This document shows positions 36,192 to 45,572 of a DNA stretch of 64,000 nt, piece by piece. The notes under the pieces were generated by a model. That model saw only the letters and a list, made by a program, of their open reading frames with translations, searched no databases and had not been told where the DNA came from. Every line of letters starts with the position of its first letter. The stretch's first letter is position 1. Source of the stretch: a virus; the IMG/VR virus record IMGVR_UViG_3300045988_159113. One strand, given 5' to 3'. A program made the position numbers and the translations under genes.

Positions 36192-37060
36192 TAGAGAGCG
36201 CCGTGCATAACGGTCACCTACTCCACAGAATAGAAGCCATGAGTACCATGTGTTTTGGTAATTTTATTATCAAACCTGGTACCAAGGGTGGTTGGATTGA
36301 GAGTGAAAGCAACCTGGGCGAAACTGCCTGGGTTGCTGACAATGCCATGGTTTACGATGACGCTGTTGTTAGTGATCATGCTGTGATCTACGGCAATGCT
36401 GTTGTCAAAGACTGCGCAAAGGTGTATGGTTATGCGAAAATAGGCGATAAGGCCATCGTTCGTGATCACGCTAAGGTTTTCGGGAATGCGAGAGTTATAG
36501 GCGAAGCTATCGTTAGTGATGAAGCTGTTATCTCTGACTCTGCCACTATTATGGAATCTGCTATTGTTAGTGATAAGGCAAAAGTGTTGTGCCATGCTGT
36601 CATCACTGATGAAACCACCATTTGTGGTGAGGCTGTTATTGGTGGAAATACCAACATTAGCGATAGTGCTACTGTTTACGGTAAGGTTATGGGTTATGCC
36701 ATGGTATATGGTAATGCTCGTGTTAACAAGAATGCGAGGATTAGTAATCATGCTATAATCTATAACAACGCTTGTATAAATGGTAAAGTAGGCGGCAGTG
36801 CTGTTGTAGCTGGTGTTGTCTACGGATCCGTGAAAGGCAGCTGTACTCTTGGTCCCGATGTCATTATTGGCGAAAACGTGGATTTTGACTGTAGTGTCAG
36901 CATCTCTGAAAAACTAGCACTGGAAAGCAACGATGATTTCGTATATGTTCGTTGTGGTTCTGGCAAGTTCTTGTATGTTAAATCAAAAGACCGGTTTTTC
37001 GGGGAATTCCCAAATAGGGATGAATCTGAGAGAATTAAAAAGATAATAAAAACGATATGA
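36179..37060 (+). CDS. left-handed beta-helix (hexapeptide-repeat) protein, family C member 2
   Basis: HLLHRIEA...GGWIESESNLGETAWV followed by hexapeptide-type repeats. Confidence 0.6.
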   Translation: MYRIIESAVHNGHLLHRIEAMSTMCFGNFIIKPGTKGGWIESESNLGETAWVADNAMVYDDAVVSDHAVIYGNAVVKDCAKVYGYAKIGDKAIVRDHAKVFGNARVIGEAIVSDEAVISDSATIMESAIVSDKAKVLCHAVITDETTICGEAVIGGNTNISDSATVYGKVMGYAMVYGNARVNKNARISNHAIIYNNACINGKVGGSAVVAGVVYGSVKGSCTLGPDVIIGENVDFDCSVSISEKLALESNDDFVYVRCGSGKFLYVKSKDRFFGEFPNRDESERIKKIIKTI

Positions 37061-37368
37061 AGGCTTTAAGAAATTCAGGTTATAGATACCTGAAGTATAG
37101 AGTCTATGGTAAACCGTTGGGTTATGGTATATTGGGCGCTCATGTATCCGATAATACCATAACCCTTTCGCTTATTATAAAGGATAACAACAGGGAAAAT
37201 ATAATCTGGAAGAGTGCAGAACGAGAGTTTCACGATTATCAATCTTGTGTTGATGCCATCAAGGATTGCGAAGCTGAGATTTTTGATAAGTCTCCTATCG
37301 CTTTTCAGATGAACAAAGACGTGAGATATGATTTCGAGGAAAATCCAGATGTTAATTGTGAAATATGA
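37057..37368 (+). CDS. hypothetical protein
   Basis: Intact 103-aa ORF with ATGA overlaps at both ends. Confidence 0.5.
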   Translation: MKALRNSGYRYLKYRVYGKPLGYGILGAHVSDNTITLSLIIKDNNRENIIWKSAEREFHDYQSCVDAIKDCEAEIFDKSPIAFQMNKDVRYDFEENPDVNCEI

Positions 37369-37937
37369 AAAGATTCATTATAAAAAACGCAGACGGGACT
37401 CAGCAGTATGTGATGCCTGCTGTACATGATACAAGAAAAAAAGCTGAGGAAACTTTGATGGGTTACATCCATAGCCGCAACAAATTTACTGAGGAATATT
37501 TGTCTTTGTTTGACTTCATTATTGAAGTGGAAAAATGTGATGAACCAAGTAAAATCATTCCAGACTTTGAACAAGCAAAACAGGTCATAGGCTCTGCCGA
37601 ATTTGTTCTTGCAAAAGAGTCTTTTTGTTTTCGCGATGTTGAGATTAATTACAAACACCTGACGTCTTTGATTGCCATAAACCAATTATTTAACATTGCT
37701 GAAGCATGGAATAAGTTAGATGAGTTCGTGCCTAATCTCTCGAATAGTTCTCAAAAGAAATGGTTTCCATGGTTCAAATATAGCAAGAATACCGAAAGAT
37801 TTGTGTATGCTGGCGTAAGTTGTTCGCCAGTAAGTATTACTGCAGATTTTGGTGTTCATGTCTGTTTTAAATCACGTGAACGCGCACAACAATTTGGAAT
37901 GCAATTTGTTGATTTATTCGACAAAGCGTTCCAGTAA
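37365..37937 (+). CDS. hypothetical protein, family D member 1
   Basis: MKRFIIKNADGTQQYVMPAVHDTRKKA...ERAQQFGMQFVDLF. Confidence 0.6.
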   Translation: MKRFIIKNADGTQQYVMPAVHDTRKKAEETLMGYIHSRNKFTEEYLSLFDFIIEVEKCDEPSKIIPDFEQAKQVIGSAEFVLAKESFCFRDVEINYKHLTSLIAINQLFNIAEAWNKLDEFVPNLSNSSQKKWFPWFKYSKNTERFVYAGVSCSPVSITADFGVHVCFKSRERAQQFGMQFVDLFDKAFQ

Positions 37938-37949
37938 CAAGAATAAGTT

Positions 37950-38534
37950 ATGAAAAGATATATTATCAAGAACGAGGATGGTACTACACAAACAGTAATG
38001 CCTGCAATTCATAATACTCGCAAGGAAGCATTGCTGACTATCTTGCAATATGCAACTGAAGTTGTAAAACGTGATAAGGATGATAGTCGCATTGAAATTC
38101 CTGTGGACTATATGGTTGATGAAATTGATGAGGTGGATGCGAATGATTGTATACCAAATTTCAAAGCTGCAAAACAGCTTATAGGATCATCAAAATTTAT
38201 TCTCGCAGAAGATTCATATTGTTTTTCAGGTATTGAATTTAACATTGTACATACTAGAGCACTAGTTGCATTAAATAAGTTGTTTACTATTGCGCAAGCA
38301 TGGAATATGTTAGATAATTTTGTGCCGAATTTTTCAAATTACGAACAATGCAAGTGGTTTCCTTGTTTCGAGTATAATAAGGATACTAAAGAGTTTGTTT
38401 TTGATAAAGCGCGTTATGCACTTTCATATACTAATGCGCCTACTCAACTTCGCCTTTGCTTCAGAACAGAAAAACGTGCGGAGCAGTTCGGAAGACAATT
38501 TGTTGATCTTTACAACCAAGTATTTTTGTTATGA
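37950..38534 (+). CDS. hypothetical protein, family D member 2
   Basis: MKRYIIKNEDGTTQTVMPAIHNTRKEA...KRAEQFGRQFVDLY. Confidence 0.6.
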   Translation: MKRYIIKNEDGTTQTVMPAIHNTRKEALLTILQYATEVVKRDKDDSRIEIPVDYMVDEIDEVDANDCIPNFKAAKQLIGSSKFILAEDSYCFSGIEFNIVHTRALVALNKLFTIAQAWNMLDNFVPNFSNYEQCKWFPCFEYNKDTKEFVFDKARYALSYTNAPTQLRLCFRTEKRAEQFGRQFVDLYNQVFLL

Positions 38535-39121
38535 AAAAATATATTATCAAAAATAAAGACGGTAGTGAGCAGACAGGAATGCCTGAATTTTATGACACTC
38601 GTAAGAAAGCATGGTTGGCTATCTTGGACTATGTGGAAGACGATAGTCATATTGAAGACTATATAGTCGAAGAGGTAGATATGAAAGATGTGAACGAGTA
38701 CATAACAGATTTTGAAAAAGCAAGACAAGTACTTGAACTTAAACCAAACATTAGTTTTAGTGTTATTAATGATTTAAGAAGAGATAGTGCTGTATTGCAT
38801 GAAAAGATTTCAAGATTTGCAAAAGAGATAAACCCAAAGTATCTTGATGCACTGATTGCTTTGAATAAGCTATTCACTATTGCTGAAGCGTGGAACAAAT
38901 TAGATGGCTTTGTGCCTGATTTCTCTAATTGGTCACAAAACAAATGGACTCCATTGTTTGGACAGACAACTTCAACTAAGAGATTAAAGCTCTCTACAAC
39001 TTGTATGTTTACTGAGGTGAATGAAAGTTTCGGTCCTCGACTTTGCTTCAAAACACGTGAACGTGCATGGCAGTTTGGAACTCAGTTCTTAGATTTATAT
39101 AATCAAGTATTTTTGTCATGA
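38531..39121 (+). CDS. hypothetical protein, family D member 3
   Basis: MKKYIIKNKDGSEQTGMPEFYDTRKKA...ERAWQFGTQFLDLY. Confidence 0.6.
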   Translation: MKKYIIKNKDGSEQTGMPEFYDTRKKAWLAILDYVEDDSHIEDYIVEEVDMKDVNEYITDFEKARQVLELKPNISFSVINDLRRDSAVLHEKISRFAKEINPKYLDALIALNKLFTIAEAWNKLDGFVPDFSNWSQNKWTPLFGQTTSTKRLKLSTTCMFTEVNESFGPRLCFKTRERAWQFGTQFLDLYNQVFLS

Positions 39122-39975
39122 GATACAAGATAACTGATGAGACCCTCAAGATGGGTGATCTCACATTGCATAGGATCGAAGCCACCGAACGCTTCAGTGT
39201 TGGCGATCATTTCGTCATACCTGGAGACAAAGGTGGCTGGATTGAGAAGGAATCAAACCTTCAAGAGAACGCATGGGTAGATGGTGATGGCCTGGTCTAT
39301 GGCGATGCTGTCGTTACTGGCAATGCTAGGATATTTGACAACGGCACTATTCGTGATAATGCTAAGGTCTATGGCAACGCTATTGTCAGGGGTTGTTCCA
39401 AGGTTATGGATAATGCCTGCATATGCCAAAATGCCCAGGTTTCTGGCTATACTATCATAAGAAATGACGCTATGATATCTGGCAATGCCAAGGTCATAAA
39501 CTGCGCTGAAGTTTCTAACAGTGCGCGTGTGTGTGGTCATGCTCTCGTCAGTTCAAACGCCAAAGTCAGTGATAGTGCCATTGTATGTGGTAATGCCATG
39601 GTTCGTGGTCATGCTAAGGTTAGAGGATATGCTGAAGTAAGTGGTGATGCTCTTGTTCACAGCTATGCAACAATCAGTGATCATGCTATCGTTACTGATT
39701 CTGCTAAGATCGGACAGAATTGCACCATTATGGACTATGCTTTTATTGGCGGCTCTGCCGAGTTGGAAGAAGTAACTGTCAAAGGATTTGTGAGGTTTGA
39801 CCTGCCTGTCACTATTAATAGGCATGTAACCTTGTTTGATTCTATAACCTTGTTTGATTCTAATGATTTCGTAAGTGTAATCTTACAAGGTAAGGCTTAC
39901 GTTTACATTAAATCAATTGACACCTGGTTCTCGACTCCGCCTTTGAATATTAAAGATTCAATCGAAAAATTATGA
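39118..39975 (+). CDS. left-handed beta-helix (hexapeptide-repeat) protein, family C member 3
   Basis: LTLHRIEA...GGWIEKESNLQENAWV followed by hexapeptide-type repeats. Confidence 0.6.
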   Translation: MRYKITDETLKMGDLTLHRIEATERFSVGDHFVIPGDKGGWIEKESNLQENAWVDGDGLVYGDAVVTGNARIFDNGTIRDNAKVYGNAIVRGCSKVMDNACICQNAQVSGYTIIRNDAMISGNAKVINCAEVSNSARVCGHALVSSNAKVSDSAIVCGNAMVRGHAKVRGYAEVSGDALVHSYATISDHAIVTDSAKIGQNCTIMDYAFIGGSAELEEVTVKGFVRFDLPVTINRHVTLFDSITLFDSNDFVSVILQGKAYVYIKSIDTWFSTPPLNIKDSIEKL

Positions 39976-40019
39976 AGTACAAGTATACGTCTTGATGATC
40001 GGTTTAGGAAATAGAAGAT

Positions 40020-40100
40020 ATGATCGTTTTATTTGTTATAGCAATTATTTTGCTGGAGTTCTACCTATTGATTAATATGGAGGACGAATTGAGGAAATGA
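40020..40100 (+). CDS. small hydrophobic peptide (26 aa) with acidic end
   Basis: MIVLFVIAIILLEFYLLINMEDELRK. ATGA overlap with the sigma gene start. Confidence 0.3.
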   Translation: MIVLFVIAIILLEFYLLINMEDELRK

Positions 40101-40774
40101 GAAAGTTAAAGATCGGGAACATGCGTTCCTTTGCTCGTGACGATTGGTGGCTTCATGAGTCTAACAAATACAAACCAGTTTCTGCGGAGGAAGAGGCAAG
40201 CCTCAGTAGGGATAAGTTGATAGAGCACAACCTCCGCTTCGCTATTAGCGTTGCCAAGCAGTATGCCTATACCAACATCCCTATCGAGGACCTCATCCAA
40301 TACGCGAATATTGGTCTTGTCAAGGCTGCTGATCTATGGGATCCCACGCGTGGATTCAAGTTCATCAGCTATGCTGTCTGGTGGATCAGGCAAACTATCA
40401 TGGCGAATGTCAAAAATTCTATCGTTAGTATGCCTATCAACCAGTGGCGAGCTCTTAACACAGAACATAGAGAGCTCGAAAAGAAAAGTCAGGAGGATGA
40501 ATTCCTTTATGACTCTTGTGTCCCAAGAAAGGTTGGCTTTGAGGATTGGATGGTTGGTTCTTATGAAGAAGAAAAAGGGACTATGTACACCTTCGAGCAG
40601 CTGATTTCCAAGCTCACGAAAAGAGAGCAGGATATCATCAGGAAAAGGTATGTAGATAACCGGACCCAATGCGACATTGCCGAGAGTATGGGATGCACAC
40701 GTGAGAATGTGCGAAGTATTGAGTCAAAAGCTTTAAGAAAGCTAAGGCGAATGTTAAAACATCGAGATTTATGA
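40097..40774 (+). CDS. sigma-70 family RNA polymerase sigma factor
   Basis: Region 2: LIEHNLRFAISVAKQY...DLIQYANIGLVKAADLWDPTRGFKFISYAVWWIRQTI. Region 4: LTKREQDIIRKRY...DIAESMGCTRENVRSIESKALRKLRRML. Confidence 0.85.
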   Translation: MRKLKIGNMRSFARDDWWLHESNKYKPVSAEEEASLSRDKLIEHNLRFAISVAKQYAYTNIPIEDLIQYANIGLVKAADLWDPTRGFKFISYAVWWIRQTIMANVKNSIVSMPINQWRALNTEHRELEKKSQEDEFLYDSCVPRKVGFEDWMVGSYEEEKGTMYTFEQLISKLTKREQDIIRKRYVDNRTQCDIAESMGCTRENVRSIESKALRKLRRMLKHRDL

Positions 40775-41307
40775 AAGTCAAAGAATTAAGACCTATATTG
40801 GAGCATCTTGATGGCGATATCGAGGTTGAATTCGCAATCGCATACCAACAAGAAGCTCCCAAAAATCAAGAGACTCACAAAAACGAGTTCCGTGATAACT
40901 ACCGAACTTGTGGAAGCTACACTTTTGGTCATGCAAAATTCATAACAGATCCTCAAGGTTTGAGTGTTGAGTGTTGGCCAATCTATAATTCAAAAGGGCT
41001 CCTTGGTTACCTTCGCAAAACAAATATCATATCGATATGTGACCAGAACCAAGCGAGGATAAAAGGTTTTAAATATTGGAAACGAGTTTCTCGTCATGAG
41101 GATCAGCTCCTCCAAGCAATCGTTGATTTTGTTTGTGTAGAATATGACAGCTACAGGAAAGAGTTTCAGACTCTATTCACTTTAGAGGATGACTGGTACT
41201 TTGCTATAGATGACTATCCAGAATTCGATGATGAAGAAGAAGAGGAGGATTATTGGAATACTTATCACGACAAAGGTATTGTTCCCCTTGTTTATTTCGT
41301 AAAGTAA
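40771..41307 (+). CDS. hypothetical protein, family E member 1
   Basis: MKVKELRPILEHLDGDIEVEF...CWPIYNSKGLLGYLRK. Acidic C-terminal stretch. Confidence 0.55.
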   Translation: MKVKELRPILEHLDGDIEVEFAIAYQQEAPKNQETHKNEFRDNYRTCGSYTFGHAKFITDPQGLSVECWPIYNSKGLLGYLRKTNIISICDQNQARIKGFKYWKRVSRHEDQLLQAIVDFVCVEYDSYRKEFQTLFTLEDDWYFAIDDYPEFDDEEEEEDYWNTYHDKGIVPLVYFVK

Positions 41308-41387
41308 AAATCGGCAAACTGCCGTTTTCATATTTTCATTCATTTCATTTCATTCATTTATTCATTAATTTCAAAAACATTACTAAA

Positions 41388-41984
41388 ATGAAAGTAAGAG
41401 ATTTGAAGAGCCTGCTGGCAGGCGTAGACGAGAACCTTGAGGTTGGTATCAGCTACTGGGACTTTACCCTTTTCTTGAAGGGCGCCGGAGTCAAGAATGA
41501 CATGTTCCATCTTGAGTTTGGCGATACAAGACCAGAGGCAGGACCAACTCCTGGACATGAAATTTCGACCGCTACGACCAACATCAACAGCAACGAGACA
41601 GAGGACGATGCGCCCGTTCCAGAGGATGAAGAACAGCCTATTTCTGATTCTGCAGAGTACACTATCGGTGCTTTGACTACTGTATCAGACCCCAATGGCA
41701 ATGAGATCAAGTGCTGGCCAATCAGCAACTCCGCAGGCCTGGTTGGCTACCTTCGCAAGAAGGATCTGCTCCAGGAGCGCACATCTAGTGAGGCAGCATC
41801 TCGCAATACAGCATTCAGATACTGGAAGCTGGTGAGCAACCACGAGATTGCTTTGCTCAGAACTATCAGGAATTTCATCGCTGATGAGCTCAGTATGAGC
41901 GCCCGCCTGTGGACTACTGAAGGTACACTGTACGGTGAGGCCGGAACAAGCGTCGCACCTTTGGTTTATTTTCCTGAGGTATAA
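41388..41984 (+). CDS. hypothetical protein, family E member 2
   Basis: ATG at 41388 (MKVRDLKSLLAGVDENLEV) in track ORF 41253..41984. CWPISNSAGLVGYLRK. Confidence 0.55.
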   Translation: MKVRDLKSLLAGVDENLEVGISYWDFTLFLKGAGVKNDMFHLEFGDTRPEAGPTPGHEISTATTNINSNETEDDAPVPEDEEQPISDSAEYTIGALTTVSDPNGNEIKCWPISNSAGLVGYLRKKDLLQERTSSEAASRNTAFRYWKLVSNHEIALLRTIRNFIADELSMSARLWTTEGTLYGEAGTSVAPLVYFPEV

Positions 41985-42032
41985 CTAAGGATGCCCTCCT
42001 TCGGGAGGGCTCCTTTTTAAAAAAAAAGAAAG

Positions 42033-42290
42033 ATGATTCACACTGCAGAAATAAAACGTGGCGATGATGTTCTTGACACAATCCACGTATTAGATACTCC
42101 TATAGCGGATGTTATAATCTGCCAGGAAGCGAGCCATTTTTTCGCAGGATTTACAGCTCTACCTTGGGAGGAATACATCGAAAAAATCGATGGTATTATC
42201 GTGACAGTAGATGGTGAGTTCTTCGGAGACTCTGGGCCTTTCTTTGTTGCGAAAGAGCAATATGAAGATTTCAAAAAGAAAATAAGATGA
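42033..42290 (+). CDS. hypothetical protein
   Basis: Intact 85-aa ORF. Confidence 0.5.
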   Translation: MIHTAEIKRGDDVLDTIHVLDTPIADVIICQEASHFFAGFTALPWEEYIEKIDGIIVTVDGEFFGDSGPFFVAKEQYEDFKKKIR

Positions 42291-42499
42291 TCACAGTTTT
42301 AAGTTTCCGAAAAAGTGATGGTCGCACTGAAACCATCAGTATTCAGTCTAACGGGATCAACCTGGCAACTATGATTCAGGATGCCGTGACAAGACTGGTA
42401 GACTTCAAGATGCTAAACAAGAAGTCAGAAGTGAAAGCAGGAGACCATGGGCACTTGACCTATGAGTCTGAGGAGTTTATCGTAAATGCCACGTACTGA
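42287..42499 (+). CDS. hypothetical protein
   Basis: Intact 70-aa ORF with ATGA overlap. Confidence 0.5.
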   Translation: MITVLSFRKSDGRTETISIQSNGINLATMIQDAVTRLVDFKMLNKKSEVKAGDHGHLTYESEEFIVNATY

Positions 42500-42642
42500 T
42501 GTATTACATACTAGCAACGGGTAATGACAATAAAGTCTACGAGGATCCCCACGCAGTCAATGCTATGTATAATAGAGCAGAATCTGCTACATTGTACAAA
42601 GTAAGCGATCAGGGAGATATGGAAGTTGTAAAAAGTAAATAA
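42499..42642 (+). CDS. small hypothetical protein (47 aa)
   Basis: ATG overlaps the upstream TGA. MYYILATGNDNKVYEDPHAV... Confidence 0.3.
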   Translation: MYYILATGNDNKVYEDPHAVNAMYNRAESATLYKVSDQGDMEVVKSK

Positions 42643-42661
42643 CCACAAAAATTAAAAAACG

Positions 42662-43021
42662 ATGTTAAAAGGTTTAGAACGTATGAAGTTGAGGTGCAAC
42701 GGGTTGCGCTTCACCGTAAAGGAAGAGGCCAAGATCGTGGTTTGCTCTGGTGATTTTGTATGCCGGCAGACTGGCAAGAACTACCACGTCCACGCAGTGG
42801 CAAAAACAGATGATGTTGATGCTTTTGACGAGACAGTAGGTAAGCGCCTGGCTCGTGCTCGTTGTGAGCACAAGGCATATATGCGGTTCAGAAATGATAT
42901 CCGCAACATGCAGAGAGAAGCCAAGCGGCATTTGGAGATTATCACAAACACGTTGGACATGGTATGCCTACATCGGCTGCCAGTTCAAAGGGGATATATC
43001 AAGTCTTTGACCAGACGATGA
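42662..43021 (+). CDS. hypothetical protein
   Basis: Intact 119-aa ORF. Confidence 0.5.
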   Translation: MLKGLERMKLRCNGLRFTVKEEAKIVVCSGDFVCRQTGKNYHVHAVAKTDDVDAFDETVGKRLARARCEHKAYMRFRNDIRNMQREAKRHLEIITNTLDMVCLHRLPVQRGYIKSLTRR

Positions 43022-43088
43022 TCTATTTTTTCGGCTTAGCGCTATTATTCTTAATGATGGCGATGGATTCAAATGATGACGACTGGGT

Positions 43089-43544
43089 ATGAATAAAGGC
43101 GAGATTTATCAGAATGGCTTCTACCTGATGGTGGGGGCCATTCTCGGTATTATTGGGACCTGTACTTTCAACTCTGTGGCTACACAGCAAGAGGTCCTGA
43201 TAAAAACCGAGGTGAAAAGGGACACGATCGTTGCCATGAGGCCAGAGCTTAATGAGCAGAACCTGAAAGAGAAGCTCGCAAGATTGCCGCACCATGACGT
43301 GGTGTTTAAACAGGCAAAGCTTGAGTCGAGACTTGGCAAGTCAAAAGTATATAAGAGAACAAACAACCTATTTGGCTTGAGAAAAAACGGAGCCTATCGA
43401 TCTTATGATCACTGGACGGAGTGCGTGGATGATTACGAACGCCTTATCTCGTCCAGATATAAAGGCGGGTGTTATTACACCTTTCTCGAGAGAATAGGCT
43501 ATGCAGAAGATCCAAATTACATTTCTAAATTAAAAATGATATGA
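43089..43544 (+). CDS. membrane-anchored glucosaminidase-like cell-wall hydrolase
   Basis: N-terminal hydrophobic helix (FYLMVGAILGIIGTCTF). FKQAKLESRLGKSKVYKRTNNLFGLRK...YDHWTECVDDYERLISSRY follows the glucosaminidase (FlgJ-type) pattern. Confidence 0.5.
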   Translation: MNKGEIYQNGFYLMVGAILGIIGTCTFNSVATQQEVLIKTEVKRDTIVAMRPELNEQNLKEKLARLPHHDVVFKQAKLESRLGKSKVYKRTNNLFGLRKNGAYRSYDHWTECVDDYERLISSRYKGGCYYTFLERIGYAEDPNYISKLKMI

Positions 43545-43557
43545 GTAAGTATAAGAA

Positions 43558-44373
43558 ATGTTTAGCAAAACGCTGGTGGGACAAATTGCCCGAATCAGAA
43601 AAGGCTGCTCTCACTCGTCTGGGATCAGTCAAGCAGCGGACAATATGATAACGTACCTGTTATTATCTAAGGATAGCAAGAGTTGCTACGCTTTAGATAT
43701 AACATGGGAAAATGGGAAGACTTGTTGCCGGATGAATGTCGACACCATCGCAACAGATATGACAATAAATGAGGTAAGAGCTATCAACTCAATGATACGA
43801 GAGTGCGTTGAGGGTATGCTTTGTCCTGTTTCTGTTATAGAAACCACAATATATTTTGGAGGTCATGCTTATTTCATTCAGGACGGCATCATCTATCAGG
43901 ATGATAAACAGTTTGTAGGTCCTTGGTTCAAGTTAGGTGATATGCTGAATGATTGGATGGAAAAGCGACCGTTCACTATTACTCCAAACGGCAACATGTT
44001 TCAACTTGTAGTTGGTGACACTTCGGAAGTCAAGGCGGCGAATAAGGTATGCATAAACGGATCGTTTTATAAAACCATCAACTTTGACCTTGCCAAGTCT
44101 CTCCCATGTTATACTAAGTTTATGACATTCCAGATTCCGGAAAATGACGGTCGGTTTATTCCATATTGCCACAATAAGGTTGAACTCTTGCGTGTATTGC
44201 ACAACATCAATAACTACGAAGACGTAGATATGCGAGATTACAAATTCGAGAATGGCAAATGGGAGATAACAGAACGCGTGCTTTCGCGACTGTATGAAAG
44301 AGTCATCGGTTCTTCGGAAGTGTCAAATGTTGAAGACATCAAAAAAGTCATAAGATTTTTAGATAATGTTTAA
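43558..44373 (+). CDS. family F, divergent member F1
   Basis: Similar to F2. FENGKWEIT...VSNVEDIKKVIRFL tail. Confidence 0.5.
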   Translation: MFSKTLVGQIARIRKGCSHSSGISQAADNMITYLLLSKDSKSCYALDITWENGKTCCRMNVDTIATDMTINEVRAINSMIRECVEGMLCPVSVIETTIYFGGHAYFIQDGIIYQDDKQFVGPWFKLGDMLNDWMEKRPFTITPNGNMFQLVVGDTSEVKAANKVCINGSFYKTINFDLAKSLPCYTKFMTFQIPENDGRFIPYCHNKVELLRVLHNINNYEDVDMRDYKFENGKWEITERVLSRLYERVIGSSEVSNVEDIKKVIRFLDNV

Positions 44374-45193
44374 GCTGTATCTATTATCTCAGGATAATAC
44401 CGAGATGTACAATGCATACGTAACCTTCAACAATGACAGAACTGACGTTAGAATTTATAGGTGTCAGAATGTGTTAAGCTTCGCCGAAGTTTTACAACAC
44501 AATATAGAAGTCAAATGTCTTGAAAGGATACTGTGCCCTATTTACTTCTATGCCAATCATTGGATTTTTGGGGGCTATAATTATGAAATTTTACATGGTA
44601 ATACTTATAAAGATAGAATCACTGGACCTCCCTGTTGGATGGCTGCACAGAACATAGCGACAGAAGCTTCTAAGTTTCTCGCCTCTCTCCCGATTCGCAT
44701 AACAGCACAGAAGGTAGACTGGCCAGATGAACGCACTTTCTACTGCTTGAATATGATAGGGGCAGACGGGCGTGCAATAACTAGGACGTCATTTCCTGTT
44801 AAGTTAGCGAATGGTTATCTCACTCTGGATTTTAAAATCCCAGGAGGATACGATGACCTTATCGAACTCTTCGATCTTAAACCTATGGATGACGGGATTA
44901 TTCCAGCGTGCAAAGGAAAGGATAAGCTCCACGCTCTGCTCAAAATATTAAACTCAAGAACTGAGCAAGATATTAAATGTTACCGTAAAGTGCTGACTAA
45001 ACAGTTGAAGAATGGCAAGTGGATCATTACCTCGCCAAATCCGCGTGATCTGATCGCTAGCGATATCTATAAACTGTATAGTGAGATTGTCGGCTATCCT
45101 GTGAAGAGGGGAATATCTCCTGAAGTAAACACCAAAGAAGATTTAGATAAAATTATCACATATTTAAAAGATGCCAAAATATTATCCCGGTAA
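44366..45193 (+). CDS. family F, divergent member F2
   Basis: LKNGKWIIT...VGYPVKRGISPEVNTKEDLDKIITYLKD. Same tail type as F5. Confidence 0.55.
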   Translation: MFKLYLLSQDNTEMYNAYVTFNNDRTDVRIYRCQNVLSFAEVLQHNIEVKCLERILCPIYFYANHWIFGGYNYEILHGNTYKDRITGPPCWMAAQNIATEASKFLASLPIRITAQKVDWPDERTFYCLNMIGADGRAITRTSFPVKLANGYLTLDFKIPGGYDDLIELFDLKPMDDGIIPACKGKDKLHALLKILNSRTEQDIKCYRKVLTKQLKNGKWIITSPNPRDLIASDIYKLYSEIVGYPVKRGISPEVNTKEDLDKIITYLKDAKILSR

Positions 45194-45560
45194 GTATTCG
45201 ACCGACTTATCTAACCATATCATAGACTACCTAGGGTATCAGGCGGATAAGGAACTCGAATACGCCAAACCTGAACAGTTGGAGGTTGTCAAAAAGGCAG
45301 CCGACATACTTAAAGAGATCGCACTCCAGTGTCGAGACATCAATCCTATCGTCTTCGCTATAGCGAGGATGAAAAGGAAGGATAAAATCCTAAGGATTGA
45401 CAAGGAGACAGGAGAGAAAAAATACATCAAAGTTTGGAAGAAGGAGATTTTCCCACCCGGAAACTCCGGACGCCTTACTCTTCTTGATAAGGGCAGGATT
45501 GCCTGGACCAAAGATGAAATCATCCAGGAGAACAATCATGAGTATTTTTATAAGCCATAA
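45171..45560 (+). CDS. hypothetical protein, family G member 1
   Basis: 129 aa, collinear with 45573..45962 along its whole length. Confidence 0.55.
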   Translation: MPKYYPGKYSTDLSNHIIDYLGYQADKELEYAKPEQLEVVKKAADILKEIALQCRDINPIVFAIARMKRKDKILRIDKETGEKKYIKVWKKEIFPPGNSGRLTLLDKGRIAWTKDEIIQENNHEYFYKP

Positions 45561-45572
45561 AGTCAGATAATT

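Noticed and set aside
35544-39825. Long antisense or alternate-frame ORFs inside the hexapeptide-repeat genes (35544..35759, 36218..36751, 36466..36657, 36516..36758, 39253..39540, 39553..39825).
   Set aside because: The repetitive, stop-poor sequence keeps several frames open. The sense frames have clear starts, operon context and three mutually similar paralogs.
41325-41380. TTCA/TTTCA-rich low-complexity run (CATTCATTTCATTTCATTCATTTATTCATT).
   Set aside because: It is a short AT-rich intergenic stretch after a terminator-like hairpin, with no evidence of function beyond being a spacer or promoter region.
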